Made by a program: the position numbers and the translations under genes. Shown here piece after piece: positions 39,930 to 50,259 of a stretch of DNA of 64,000 nt. The stretch covers positions 320,001 through 384,000 of the forward strand of contig JBHLMN010000003.1 in the NCBI GenBank assembly GCA_048938105.1, written 5' to 3'. A model generated the notes under the pieces. It ran no database searches. It was not told the DNA's origin and was given only the letters and a program-made list of their open reading frames with translations. The DNA comes from Promethearchaeota archaeon. Lineage in GTDB: Archaea > Asgardarchaeota > Heimdallarchaeia > Hodarchaeales > Hodarchaeaceae. How positions within the stretch are numbered: the stretch's first letter is position 1; each line of letters starts with the position of its first letter.

Positions 39930-42215
39930 TTACCAACTCATTGGGCGTGCATTGGTGTCGACATATATCGGATCTTCAATAACCCAATCTAAAAAGAGAA
40001 TAGCTGCAACACGTGAAGCAGCTTGTTCAGGGGTGAGAGGAGCATCAGAACCTCCCATCTCAGATGAAAACCACCCAGGAGCGATAGCTAAGACTTTGAT
40101 TTTCTCTTTTTTTAAGCGATTTTGTAATATTTGTGAAAACATATTCATAGCTGCTTTCGCCATGGTATACCCATATTCACTCTCTCTATATTGATTACTT
40201 ATGGAACCTGCCTCTGATGAAATATTGATAATTAGCTTTCTTTTCTGGCTTTTACGTATGAAAGGCAGAAAGTGTTTAATTACTTTCATTGTTCCAAGGA
40301 CATTAGTTTCTATTGTTTTACTGATCACAGTGAAATCAAGTTCATCAATATCAGGTTTATTTCTCTCTAGATAGATGGCTGCCGAATTAATCAGGATATC
40401 AATGGTAGAGGTGAGGCGGGCTACTTCCTTCGTAGCCTGCATAAGCTCTTCTTCGTTGGTGACATCCACTGAAAAAAGATGGAGAGTGTTCTGGAACTTT
40501 GTCTTTAGATGTTCTAGTTCAGGAGTAAGATTAATATCAAAAGCATAAATTGTATGATCCTCATCCCTCTCGAGTAAGCTTTTTGTTAAGGCAAAACCAA
40601 GTCCCTTCCCTGCTCCTGTAATTAGGATTGTCATCTGTTTTTGAATAAGTGATCTTTTTCTCTCAGTTTCGTGTTTTATCTTAGCATAAAAAAGATATTC
40701 ATCCTTACCTGGAATTAGTTCAACAGTTTGTCCATTGATTATTGCTTCCCCTTGTAGAATATTATTGGGAATAGAAATACTGCTATTTTCTATCTTAGTA
40801 TCATAATGAATCTGATCACCTGGTTTTACGGGAGGAGCAGGAATTCCTCTCAATCGACTTCTAATTTGCTGTTGTGCTATAACTGTTCCTCGAATTGCCT
40901 TTGCCAGCTCTCTTTCAAATTCTTCAGCATTTTCAAACCCAATGGTGGTCAAGAATTTCTCTTTATCCACTGAAACGAGTACTTCTTGTAATTTTTTCCA
41001 TTCATCCATTCCCATTCGATGAAATTTCATCCCAGAGAGGCTTATTTCACGCCTATTCGTATCCTTTGCTTTCATGGTTCCTGTTCTTTGCTGTGAACGT
41101 TGTCGGCCCTTAGAGTTTTGATCCCATTTTTGCCATTTCTTAGATTTTGTTTGTTTAATAAGCATCTCATGCTTGTTTAAATGAAAAAGAAAGATTCCTG
41201 TTTTACTTTCTAAATCTAGACTGAATGGAAGCCGAAAAATTAAATCACCTTTAGAAAAAATTATCTGTTCATTCGCTTTCCGTATCGTGATTCTTTGGTT
41301 GATCTCATAATACTCATTGAAAGTAGAAATAGTCTCCATTGAAGCCATTCCTTGAACCTCCTCGAGTACTTGAGGAACAAGGGTTTTACCTTCTTGGACA
41401 CGGCTTTCAATAACTCCACTTGACAAAAGTAATTTCGTTGTACTTGTACTAAAGGACATAATTGCCATAAAAATGGCAAAACCAATTAAACCTAGTACAA
41501 CTAGATTATGAAGATCCATTTGATCAAGTAAGATAAAGATAATAGTTAATAAAATCCATTTTATGGCTTCTAAAGGACCTGAGAACAGGGATCCGAGCAA
41601 TTTGATCGGGTTTAGGATAATATCAAGATAATCTAACTTTACAAGACGATAATAATAGAATACTACTAAATTAAAATAACCAATGAATAGAAAAAGCCCA
41701 ACAGTAACCTCTGATAAGAATTGAAGTTCACGTAAGCCAGTTAAAAAGAGGAGTATTACTGTTAATTTCCATACATTTAGTAAGAGATTACTATAGAAAG
41801 GAGGGAGGTTAAAGATTATTTCTTGGGAATGTTTTTTAGGTGAAATGAGAAACCAGACGAGAAAAATAATTGCTAAATAGAGAACCATTATTTCATTAAC
41901 TTGAAGATCAAGACCAAGGTCATCAAGAATAGCATTTTTTTGTCCATAAATTCCAAAACAAATAATCCATGCTACAAGAAATCCCATAATTCCCCCCTCT
42001 AATTCTAAGGCATTTTTCTTTCGAGCGATTATACGGGATGTAATCGTGGTTAAAAGATTCAATCCTCCCATAACAAGGAAGATTAGGGGATTTTGTTGTG
42101 AAATAGTTATAATTATCCATCCTAAGGCAAATAAAATCCCTAGTGTGGTTAACCATTTGGGTTTAATTTTCAGGGGTTGATCAAGACTAGGATTAGAAGT
42201 GATTCTTTCTACCAA
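39930..42215 (-). CDS. Multi-TM membrane protein in frame with a C-terminal SDR (the SDR alone is 39930..40634)
   Basis: 761 aa; about 8 TM helices in residues 20-260; C-terminal MTILITGAGKGLG, NISSEAGS, YTMAK, APGWFSSEMGG. Confidence 0.7.
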   Translation of the reverse strand: MVERITSNPSLDQPLKIKPKWLTTLGILFALGWIIITISQQNPLIFLVMGGLNLLTTITSRIIARKKNALELEGGIMGFLVAWIICFGIYGQKNAILDDLGLDLQVNEIMVLYLAIIFLVWFLISPKKHSQEIIFNLPPFYSNLLLNVWKLTVILLFLTGLRELQFLSEVTVGLFLFIGYFNLVVFYYYRLVKLDYLDIILNPIKLLGSLFSGPLEAIKWILLTIIFILLDQMDLHNLVVLGLIGFAIFMAIMSFSTSTTKLLLSSGVIESRVQEGKTLVPQVLEEVQGMASMETISTFNEYYEINQRITIRKANEQIIFSKGDLIFRLPFSLDLESKTGIFLFHLNKHEMLIKQTKSKKWQKWDQNSKGRQRSQQRTGTMKAKDTNRREISLSGMKFHRMGMDEWKKLQEVLVSVDKEKFLTTIGFENAEEFERELAKAIRGTVIAQQQIRSRLRGIPAPPVKPGDQIHYDTKIENSSISIPNNILQGEAIINGQTVELIPGKDEYLFYAKIKHETERKRSLIQKQMTILITGAGKGLGFALTKSLLERDEDHTIYAFDINLTPELEHLKTKFQNTLHLFSVDVTNEEELMQATKEVARLTSTIDILINSAAIYLERNKPDIDELDFTVISKTIETNVLGTMKVIKHFLPFIRKSQKRKLIINISSEAGSISNQYRESEYGYTMAKAAMNMFSQILQNRLKKEKIKVLAIAPGWFSSEMGGSDAPLTPEQAASRVAAILFLDWVIEDPIYVDTNARPMSW

Positions 42216-42362
42216 GGCCAGTTCCTCTTACATAAGAGAGGAAAAACATGTGTGTTTTAATAACTCCGATAGTGGAATACTAAAAAATAGAGAAAATTCA
42301 CTTATTGAGATAAAATCTTTTTCTCCTATAGGTTATGAAAAGATTGTGATTCCCTATTACGC

Positions 42363-43103
42363 TTATTCCATTGCTTTCCTTTTCATTTCTGCTGGCATTT
42401 TCTCAATAGAATAACGTAATGACACTCGGGGCATTGTACTTTTATTTGCCAATACATAATGGAAAACTTCCTCCCTGAATTTATTACTGGCTTCTTTTAA
42501 CATCCACCCATATCCTTTGAGAACATAGATATTGGGATCATTGAGTAAAGTACTCGCTACCTCAAAACAATGATCAAGATATTTTTCTCTCCTTAAGGCA
42601 TAAATGAATGATACTGCAGCTGCACGTCTGACCCAGGGATTCGATGATTGAGTCCATTGTTTTACTTTAGGTATGAATTCAGGGTAGTGCAGAAGAAAAT
42701 CCCCCATAGTTCTTGTACAAAATGAGTCACAGCTTCCCCAACTAGTGATATATGTTTTAATCCAAGATTCTAGAACGTTAAAATGACTGGGTTCATATTG
42801 CTTTTTAACCTTAAAACTCCAATCTGTTGCAATGAGCCTCAACTCAGTAACTTTTTCAGAATATAGATGTTCACAGACTTTAAACACGGCATTTACGTCT
42901 TTTATTCCTTTTCCTCTCAATTCTTTCCAGTATGGGGATGCAACCTTACGAACAGCGGGAATACGAATTCCCAATCGTTTGTATCCATATTCATCTATTG
43001 TTTCATGAATAGCTCCGTAAAAAAATTCTTTATTGACTTTTTTTAAATCAGTAAGCACTCTTGTTGTCAAATCATTAAGATAAGAAGCACTTACTCCTTT
43101 CAA
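42363..43103 (-). CDS. DNA alkylation repair protein (AlkD-like HEAT-repeat family)
   Basis: 246 aa; LGIRIPAVR, SWGSCD, WVRRAA, KGYGWMLKE, LRYSIEK. Confidence 0.85.
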   Translation of the reverse strand: MKGVSASYLNDLTTRVLTDLKKVNKEFFYGAIHETIDEYGYKRLGIRIPAVRKVASPYWKELRGKGIKDVNAVFKVCEHLYSEKVTELRLIATDWSFKVKKQYEPSHFNVLESWIKTYITSWGSCDSFCTRTMGDFLLHYPEFIPKVKQWTQSSNPWVRRAAAVSFIYALRREKYLDHCFEVASTLLNDPNIYVLKGYGWMLKEASNKFREEVFHYVLANKSTMPRVSLRYSIEKMPAEMKRKAME

Positions 43104-43196
43104 GGGATATAACCTTCATTGTCATTTTTATGTAATTTCGTTTAAAATATTAATGTTGAGACCACCTCATCAGCACAACTAAACCAATTGTGACTT

Positions 43197-44171
43197 ATGA
43201 TGATCTTTAATGATAGAAAAATCAAGAATATTGTAGAACATTTTGATGTTGGACACCTTCACAAGGTAATAACAAGGCTCGATAGTGGATTTCAAAGTGA
43301 TAATTACCATATTCGAACAGATAAAGGAGACTATATTCTTCGGCTTATCTATGATTCAGTCAAAAATATAGAATATATCATGGAAATTTATGATTATTTC
43401 GCTGATCATGGTATTAAAACATCAAAACCAGTAAAAACTAAGGAAGGGACATTCAGTCTTTTATATGAAAATAATGTCGTAGTTGTCCAATCTTTTATAG
43501 CTGGCTCTTATTATGAATCGTTAGATAAAATAGATTCAGTACTTCCATTCTATGGTAGAGAATTAGGTAAGTTCCATCAAGTATCCCTTAAAATGGTAGA
43601 AGAAAAAGGTGAAAAGAGGCTTTCAGCTAAACAATGGGACTCAATTTTATACGTTAAAGCCAGTAGAGACTACTTACCAAACAATGACTATATAAAACAA
43701 CAATATGAATTATGGGAAAGAGACATTGGTTTTTTTCCTGAAGATCAGCTTACCAAGGCGGTCATTCACGGCGATGTAGGGCCTAAAGATTTCTTCTTTA
43801 AGGATGGGAATTTTATGGGAATAATTGACTTTAATGCTGCTCATTTAGATTTCCTCCTCTTTGATATAGCTCCTATGATGATGTATTCTGATTTATACAA
43901 ACCTGAACGAAAAAAACACTATAATACTTTTATTACTGCTTATCTAGAGGAGGCACCCATAACAATAGAGGAATTAAAATGGTTACACCTCGTACTCAGA
44001 ACTAGATGGTTATTACAAATACTTTATCATCAATCTAGATACGAGGAGGGAATAACGCAAGGATTGGAAACTGGAAAAGTAGAAGAAAATTTAATTGGGG
44101 TGCGAGATGGGGAAAATTTTCTGAAAATAACAAATAAAACTTCCAAAGATTCCTATGCTATTATTGAGTAG
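43197..44171 (+). CDS. APH / type II homoserine kinase-like phosphotransferase
   Basis: 324 aa; SGFQSDNY, YILRL, LGKFH, IHGD, GIIDF, FDIA. Confidence 0.75.
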   Translation: MMIFNDRKIKNIVEHFDVGHLHKVITRLDSGFQSDNYHIRTDKGDYILRLIYDSVKNIEYIMEIYDYFADHGIKTSKPVKTKEGTFSLLYENNVVVVQSFIAGSYYESLDKIDSVLPFYGRELGKFHQVSLKMVEEKGEKRLSAKQWDSILYVKASRDYLPNNDYIKQQYELWERDIGFFPEDQLTKAVIHGDVGPKDFFFKDGNFMGIIDFNAAHLDFLLFDIAPMMMYSDLYKPERKKHYNTFITAYLEEAPITIEELKWLHLVLRTRWLLQILYHQSRYEEGITQGLETGKVEENLIGVRDGENFLKITNKTSKDSYAIIE

Positions 44172-45498
44172 AAAGCTGATTCATGATTTCTGCATGAGCT
44201 GATATAATGTCTAAGGTTGAATTATCCTTGTTATAAACCGAATACCAACCAGGGGTCTCATGAGGTGGATCGCCAATCCATTTATCACCTGGTCTAGATT
44301 GTCCCGCCCATGCCCAAAAATTACTACCGACAAGACGACCTCCAGAGGCTGCAGAATTATACACTTCATCATAGACTGCTAAATAAAATGTATCACGATA
44401 TATTGTACTTGAATCTGGGTTATAAATGTCCTGATAAGAACTCCAATCGCGAGCAAGTCCAAATTCCTCCACTACTAGAGGTTTGTTCAATGAATTAGCA
44501 ATCGCTAGATTATTTTGTAAATAACTAAGGGATTTGGATTCAGCACTTTCATAAGTCCAAGGAGAATCTGGAGAATACCATCCCCAGTTTTGTGGCCAAA
44601 CATGGACAGTTAAATAATTAATGAACGAAATATCGTGGACTCCACTATAATTTAAACCATCCCATTCATGATCCCCCTCACATCCAGTAGTGACCATGTG
44701 GTTTGGATCCAATGATTTTATGTATTCTGCAGTATCAGAGCTCCATTTTATAGGAAAATTACGTGGTTCATTGGCAAGTTCCCAGGAGAAGATTGTAGGA
44801 TCCTCATAATACTTTAATCCAGTATAAGGATTTGTATGGTTGATAATTGTTTGAATATGATTCTTATACCATGTTTGACATTCCTCATAATTGTAAAATC
44901 GCGATGAATACGTAATGAAAGTATTCCAATCATTTTCAGGAGGGTATGGAATGGAAGAATTTTCATACCAAGAAACATATTGGGCCATTCCTCCTGACCA
45001 TTGCCAATAATTGTTGAGAACCATTACAGCTTTCATTCTCCTTAATTTGATCTGTTTTAAAAGATAATCCAAACCATCAAGAACAGATGCATCATATTCA
45101 CCAGGGGAAATAAGTAAGGCTGGAGTAATTCGATAAGGTTCTGAATTTGGCCCTTCTGAAGTAGCCATAATTCGCAGATTTGTCACTCCCAGCTGCTTTA
45201 ACGAATCTAACTCGAGATTGAGACGAGTTCGGTTTCCATTAGGCCCATCTATCGCTAAAATCATTCCTTGCCAAAAATTAGCACCAGCAAAATAATATTT
45301 ACTTCTATTAACTACAAATTGATTATTATAGACCGATACAAAAAGTGAGTTTGGGATATCATTCTCATTAGAATCTTGTTGAGGGTTTATTAATTCAAAA
45401 AGGAGTCCAAGACTTATTATCGTAATACAAATAGCTACAATAATTATAAATGATATAAAATAGATCATACGATGATTTATTTTTGCAGAATTCATCAA
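44161..45498 (-). CDS. GH5 beta-mannanase/mannosidase (GH5_7-like) with an N-terminal TM anchor
   Basis: 445 aa; GANFW, NLRI, NNYWQWSGGMAQY, WELANEPR, HVWPQNW, VEEFG, FWAW, GDPPHETPGWYSVY. Confidence 0.88.
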   Translation of the reverse strand: MMNSAKINHRMIYFISFIIIVAICITIISLGLLFELINPQQDSNENDIPNSLFVSVYNNQFVVNRSKYYFAGANFWQGMILAIDGPNGNRTRLNLELDSLKQLGVTNLRIMATSEGPNSEPYRITPALLISPGEYDASVLDGLDYLLKQIKLRRMKAVMVLNNYWQWSGGMAQYVSWYENSSIPYPPENDWNTFITYSSRFYNYEECQTWYKNHIQTIINHTNPYTGLKYYEDPTIFSWELANEPRNFPIKWSSDTAEYIKSLDPNHMVTTGCEGDHEWDGLNYSGVHDISFINYLTVHVWPQNWGWYSPDSPWTYESAESKSLSYLQNNLAIANSLNKPLVVEEFGLARDWSSYQDIYNPDSSTIYRDTFYLAVYDEVYNSAASGGRLVGSNFWAWAGQSRPGDKWIGDPPHETPGWYSVYNKDNSTLDIISAHAEIMNQLSTQ

Positions 45499-45609
45499 TA
45501 ATATCCAAACAATGAATGTATTAAACTAATCGTATGTTAAATTAATAAAAACCTAGATTGATACTAATTCTTACTAATACATGATCTAGAGATTTTCCTT
45601 CCTTTCCTA

Positions 45610-45930
45610 CTATCCATAGATGGTAGGTTCGTCAAGACGTTCAATTTTAAAAATAACTGGTCTAAAACCATCGCTGCAACATGCAATTGAGGTTTTCTCA
45701 TCTTTCATCCAACCAGAATACATTGTACCTTCAACAGTCTGAGCAATTACTGTTTTATAAATATCATTCCAAGCCCAAGGACAAAAACCTTCAGGAGGCT
45801 TAAAAGGGTCGATAATGAATTCTTGTCCTTCAGTAAAAACTTCACATGGTTTAATGTCGCCAGTTGCGTATTCATTAATTAAATCTTTTAACAATGTCTT
45901 TTTTAACACAGTAATTTTCACTTTTTTCAT
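45610..45930 (-). CDS. TIGR04076-family protein
   Basis: KVKITV, PCEVFxEGQEF, FCPWAWNDI, CCSDGFRPVIFKIER; ATG at 45930 follows GGTGA (ORF track starts at 45987). Confidence 0.8.
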   Translation of the reverse strand: MKKVKITVLKKTLLKDLINEYATGDIKPCEVFTEGQEFIIDPFKPPEGFCPWAWNDIYKTVIAQTVEGTMYSGWMKDEKTSIACCSDGFRPVIFKIERLDEPTIYG

Positions 45931-46090
45931 GAGATTCACCTTTGAAATAACAATAAAATTTATTTTGAATGTCTTCCAGATTTTCAACCCATAAATAGTT
46001 TTGACTTATAATTAATCACTTGAAAACCAAATAGATTCAAAAAATTAATTTCATTCGTGATTTAGAGTTATAAAATACTTTCTTTTTTTT

Positions 46091-47110
46091 TCACCAACAA
46101 TGATGGACTAAAGGACGAATATATTCATTATAGATCTGTTCTACTCCGTTCATTTGTCTCTCGGTTAATGGGGCAAGATTAGCCGCTTTAACATTCATTT
46201 CAACGTGAGAGACTTTGCTAGCTCCTGGGATAACACAACTTACTTCATCAAACATTAATATCCAACGAAGAGCATAGAGAGCTAGATTTTCTGGGTCAGG
46301 AAAAAGATCCTTTAGGTTTTCAACGGCTGTCAGTCCCATATTATAGTCAACTCCTGAGAATGTTTCTCCCTTATCAAATGCTTGACCGTCTCTATTGAAA
46401 AATCTATGATCATTTTTATTAAATACAGTATGTTTGGTGAACTTTCCTGTAAGTAAACCGCTAGCTAGGGGGACCCTAGCAATTATACCAACATTTCTCT
46501 TCTTTGCTTCTTTAAAAACCTTTTCTGCAGGCTTCAAACGAAATATATTGAAGATGATCTGAACTGTGGCAACATTTGAGAACTCCATTGCCTTTAATGC
46601 TTCTTCTACCTTTTCAACACTGACTCCATAGTGATGGATTTTTCCTTCTTCTTTCAAAGTATCTAATAACTCAAAGACCTCTAAATTATTGTAAACCTCT
46701 GGAGGAGGGCAATGGAGTTGAAGAAGATCAATTCTATCGGCCTGAAGTCTTTTTTTACTATTTTCAATAAAATTCCTTATATTTTCTTCATTGTAACCTT
46801 CTGCTATGTGAGGGTTTAACAATCTGCCGCTTTTTGTTGCAACATAGACTTTCTCATTCGTACTGTTTAACACTTGACCAATTGATTTCTCACTTTGGCC
46901 AGCTTTTTCGCCATATACATCTGCTGTGTCAATAAAGTTGATTCCTAAAGCAATCGCTTTGTTTAATATTATTTCCGCGTTTTTATAATCAAAAGGCTCT
47001 CCCCATCTTCCCCCTACTTGCCACGTTCCTAAACTAACTTCAGAGACTTTATATCCAGTTTTACCAAGTCTTCTATATTTCATAATAATAATCACTTTAC
47101 TTCTATTCAA
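46091..47110 (-). CDS. Aldo/keto reductase
   Basis: MKYRRLGKTG, LGTWQVGG, FIDTADVYG, VATK, IDLLQLH, PLASGLL, IPGA; real start probably 47083. Confidence 0.92.
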   Translation of the reverse strand: MNRSKVIIIMKYRRLGKTGYKVSEVSLGTWQVGGRWGEPFDYKNAEIILNKAIALGINFIDTADVYGEKAGQSEKSIGQVLNSTNEKVYVATKSGRLLNPHIAEGYNEENIRNFIENSKKRLQADRIDLLQLHCPPPEVYNNLEVFELLDTLKEEGKIHHYGVSVEKVEEALKAMEFSNVATVQIIFNIFRLKPAEKVFKEAKKRNVGIIARVPLASGLLTGKFTKHTVFNKNDHRFFNRDGQAFDKGETFSGVDYNMGLTAVENLKDLFPDPENLALYALRWILMFDEVSCVIPGASKVSHVEMNVKAANLAPLTERQMNGVEQIYNEYIRPLVHHCW

Positions 47111-47313
47111 AGGAACTCAAGAGTCACATTAAATTAATTATTCCAATGTTTTATTGAATAAAATGATCCTAAAACAGGATATCTAGTAAACTTAAAAATT
47201 TGTTTCATAAAGCCAAGACCATTTTAAATCCGAGTTTAACTAGAAAAAAACAATGCTTCTAATCACTTTATTTCAATAATCTTTTTTAGATTTAACTAAA
47301 TCTATGTTATGGG

Positions 47314-48108
47314 ATGCTAATGTATGGTTCAAAGACTGAAGATCCTATAGTGAAATATTATGATGAAACAGTGGGTACAAGTGGAAGATATGAAATGGAA
47401 TGGTATCTTACAAAAGCTCATTCTTTCGGAGACCCAATTCTTGATATTGCCTGTGGAACTGGGAGAATGTCCATACTACTTGCAAAAGAAGGACACGATG
47501 TTGTTGCGTTTGACCGATCGGAAGGAATGCTTACTCGCTTCCATGAAAAACTTTCAAGAGAACCTATCGAAATTAAGAATAGAGTGCAGATTTTTCAACA
47601 AAATATGGATAATTTTTCTTTTAAAGAAAAGTTTAACACAATTATTTGTGTTGATAGTTTTTTTCATAATTTATCTGAGCAAGAAGCATTAAAGTGCTTA
47701 AAATGTGTCTCCCAACATCTAACTTCGCAAGGAAGATTTCTTTTCAATGTACCAAATCCAAATCAAGAATTCTTACAGAAATGTCTGGAATCTCAAGGGA
47801 AAATTTGGAATATTAGAAACAAATATCCATTAGGAAATTCAGGAAAAACAATTAAAGTTGAAGATGCATCAGCTGCGGATATACAAGCACAATTGATATT
47901 CACAAAGCTTCGATTTACGTGTTTTGATTCTGAAGGTAACATTATTGAAAGAACTGAATCAAGTTGGACAACTCGATATATGTACGAAGACCAATACCTC
48001 ACCTTAATTGAAGCAAGCGGACTAGAGGTAGAATTAATTGTTGGAACTTATCAAAACGAACCAGTTTCACCCACATCCCAATTAATTTTCCAATTAAAAT
48101 TAAAATGA
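47314..48108 (+). CDS. Class I SAM-dependent methyltransferase
   Basis: ILDIACGTGR, AFDRSEGM, LTSQGRF. Confidence 0.88.
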   Translation: MLMYGSKTEDPIVKYYDETVGTSGRYEMEWYLTKAHSFGDPILDIACGTGRMSILLAKEGHDVVAFDRSEGMLTRFHEKLSREPIEIKNRVQIFQQNMDNFSFKEKFNTIICVDSFFHNLSEQEALKCLKCVSQHLTSQGRFLFNVPNPNQEFLQKCLESQGKIWNIRNKYPLGNSGKTIKVEDASAADIQAQLIFTKLRFTCFDSEGNIIERTESSWTTRYMYEDQYLTLIEASGLEVELIVGTYQNEPVSPTSQLIFQLKLK

Positions 48109-48389
48109 CGATAATTCCGTAGATTTTTATCTAAGACTGGTTGGGGTTTAAAGAATGAACCAATGCTTGGTTTTTTTGTAATAGTAGATAGAATTTTGAG
48201 TACTATAGCCCTAAATCCGAAAGATTTTTTAGGTGTCAGTTATAGAGGGCGAATGTGTTAACAAATGCACACTAATGGGAGGTACTCTCAATTGCTAGTA
48301 AATATTAGCATAAAGATAGAGTTGATAAGATGATAAACGACATTAGTTGTGCCAGATAGAGCTTAAAAGGATTAAATCTGCTGATATAA

Positions 48390-49595
48390 ATGAAGAAAAG
48401 TATTCAATTAGATAACAAGACGTTAGAAATTCTCAATGCGTTCAAGAAACACCCTCAACAATCACTTGATGAAGTAATTTCCGATTTAATTTCTGATTTA
48501 AACGATACTCTTACGAATAATATCCTTTTTGACTCTCTTATGGATCATCTTCCAGCTTCAGTGTACTTTAAAGATCGTGAAGGACGTCATCTAAAGGTAT
48601 GCAAAACCACACAGAAAGATTATAATGAAATATATTGCAAAAGATTCGGACTAGAACCTCAAGACATGATAGGAAAGACAGATGAAGAATTATATAAGCC
48701 AGAGCTTGCAAAAAGAACCTTTAAAGATGATCTTTACGTTATAGAATCGGAAAATGCTATTATTAATCGTGAGGAGCATACACCACCTGATGGGAGATAT
48801 TTCTCGACAACAAAAGCGCCTATATTTAATAAGAAAGGTTATGTGACTGGACTAGTTGGGATTACCTACGAAATTACAGCTCTAAAAGTTACAGAACAAC
48901 AGCTAAAAAAAACAACTAAAGCGTTACGAAACTTAAGTGAATCTTTAATGGTAATTAATACTATTTTAAGACATGATATTCTGAATTATTTAACACAGGT
49001 TATTGGATTTTTAGATTTATATAAAAAAGAGAGAGATGAATTCTATTTAGAGCGTGTTTATAATCCCGTTCAAAGAGCTGTTAGTCTTATAAATAAATTG
49101 GGAGAACTTGAGAAACTGATTATTCAAAAGGAGCCATTAAAACCACATGATCTTCGTGAAATATCAGAAATTATTGTGAAGAATCTCTCATCTCCAACAG
49201 TTAAATTTAATATTGTTGGGCAGGGGGTTGTTCTTGCAGATCAAGCCTTATATTCAGTCATTGAAAATTTAGTCGGAAATGCTCTTATTCACGCCCAGAC
49301 AGAATCCATTGAATTAATAATTAATGAAACAGAGGATAATTACTACGAGCTAAAAGTTATTGATTACGGTGTAGGGATAAAAGATCAAATAAAAGAAAAA
49401 TTATTCCAACCAGGTCAGAAATTTGGCAGGAAAGGAGGGACTGGGTATGGTCTCTATGTTGTTAAGAAAATTATAGAACGTTATGAGGGAGAAATCAAAG
49501 TAGAAGATAACCTACCAAGGGGTACAATTTTTTCTGTAAAACTAAAGAAAGCAAATTCTAAGGATAAAAAAGTTAGGGATATAATTGAAGAATAA
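48390..49595 (+). CDS. PAS-domain sensor histidine kinase with an N-terminal ribbon-helix-helix-like segment
   Basis: 401 aa; PAS (VYFKDREG..MIGKTD..KAPI..GLVGI), H-box LRHDILN, N-box NLVGNA, DYGVGI, GTGYGL. Confidence 0.88.
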   Translation: MKKSIQLDNKTLEILNAFKKHPQQSLDEVISDLISDLNDTLTNNILFDSLMDHLPASVYFKDREGRHLKVCKTTQKDYNEIYCKRFGLEPQDMIGKTDEELYKPELAKRTFKDDLYVIESENAIINREEHTPPDGRYFSTTKAPIFNKKGYVTGLVGITYEITALKVTEQQLKKTTKALRNLSESLMVINTILRHDILNYLTQVIGFLDLYKKERDEFYLERVYNPVQRAVSLINKLGELEKLIIQKEPLKPHDLREISEIIVKNLSSPTVKFNIVGQGVVLADQALYSVIENLVGNALIHAQTESIELIINETEDNYYELKVIDYGVGIKDQIKEKLFQPGQKFGRKGGTGYGLYVVKKIIERYEGEIKVEDNLPRGTIFSVKLKKANSKDKKVRDIIEE

Positions 49596-50130
49596 TCATT
49601 CAATTTTTATTAAACAAATTGTTGAATACTCAGCGTGGATATGTGAAAAGCTTTGTAAAAAGCTTGAAAATACTTCTGACGAGAAATTCAACCAAGATAT
49701 AGGGCCAAAATTCGTTAACGATACTAGATGTCCAACATCATCGTTAAGATCCATAATTGAACACTGTATGATTGGTTTGGAATATGGTAGGCATATTATC
49801 AGATCTTTAGCTTGGAATGAAGAGGATATAATCCAGAATTTCCGCTTATTTACAAAAGAACAGCTACTAGAACAATGGTTAAGGCAATTTATCGAATTTA
49901 AACAACTATTGGCAGATCATATTGGAAAAACTGTAATATTTAATGATGAGGAAATATATCTTGGCAGTGATTTCTTTTTTGCTTTTTTCAACCACTTAAC
50001 GTACCATTCTGGCCAGTTTATGATCGCTCTGAAGATCGTTGGTGAGGAGACTATTGATCTTGATTATATGACCTTTTTAAAGGAAATTGGTAGCAAGGAT
50101 TTTATCAGAAATCTCTCCACAGAATCTTGA
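49585..50130 (+). CDS. DinB/YfiT-family protein
   Basis: SLRSIIEH..., FNHLTYHSGQ. Confidence 0.75.
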   Translation: MKNNHSIFIKQIVEYSAWICEKLCKKLENTSDEKFNQDIGPKFVNDTRCPTSSLRSIIEHCMIGLEYGRHIIRSLAWNEEDIIQNFRLFTKEQLLEQWLRQFIEFKQLLADHIGKTVIFNDEEIYLGSDFFFAFFNHLTYHSGQFMIALKIVGEETIDLDYMTFLKEIGSKDFIRNLSTES

Positions 50131-50259
50131 AAGAACAAGTGTTGAATCTACTTAGTAGTAATAATTTATCCAGGCATTATTGTGCTAATTTACCAAACTA
50201 AAATTGCCATTAATTAAAATTTTATAATAGAAACCTAAGATCTATTTTTTTCAAAATAC

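Noticed and set aside
48204-48250. Resemblance of the structured leader to a pistol ribozyme or c-di-GMP-I riboswitch
   Set aside because: Key conserved nucleotides and element order are missing; kept only as an unassigned structured candidate.
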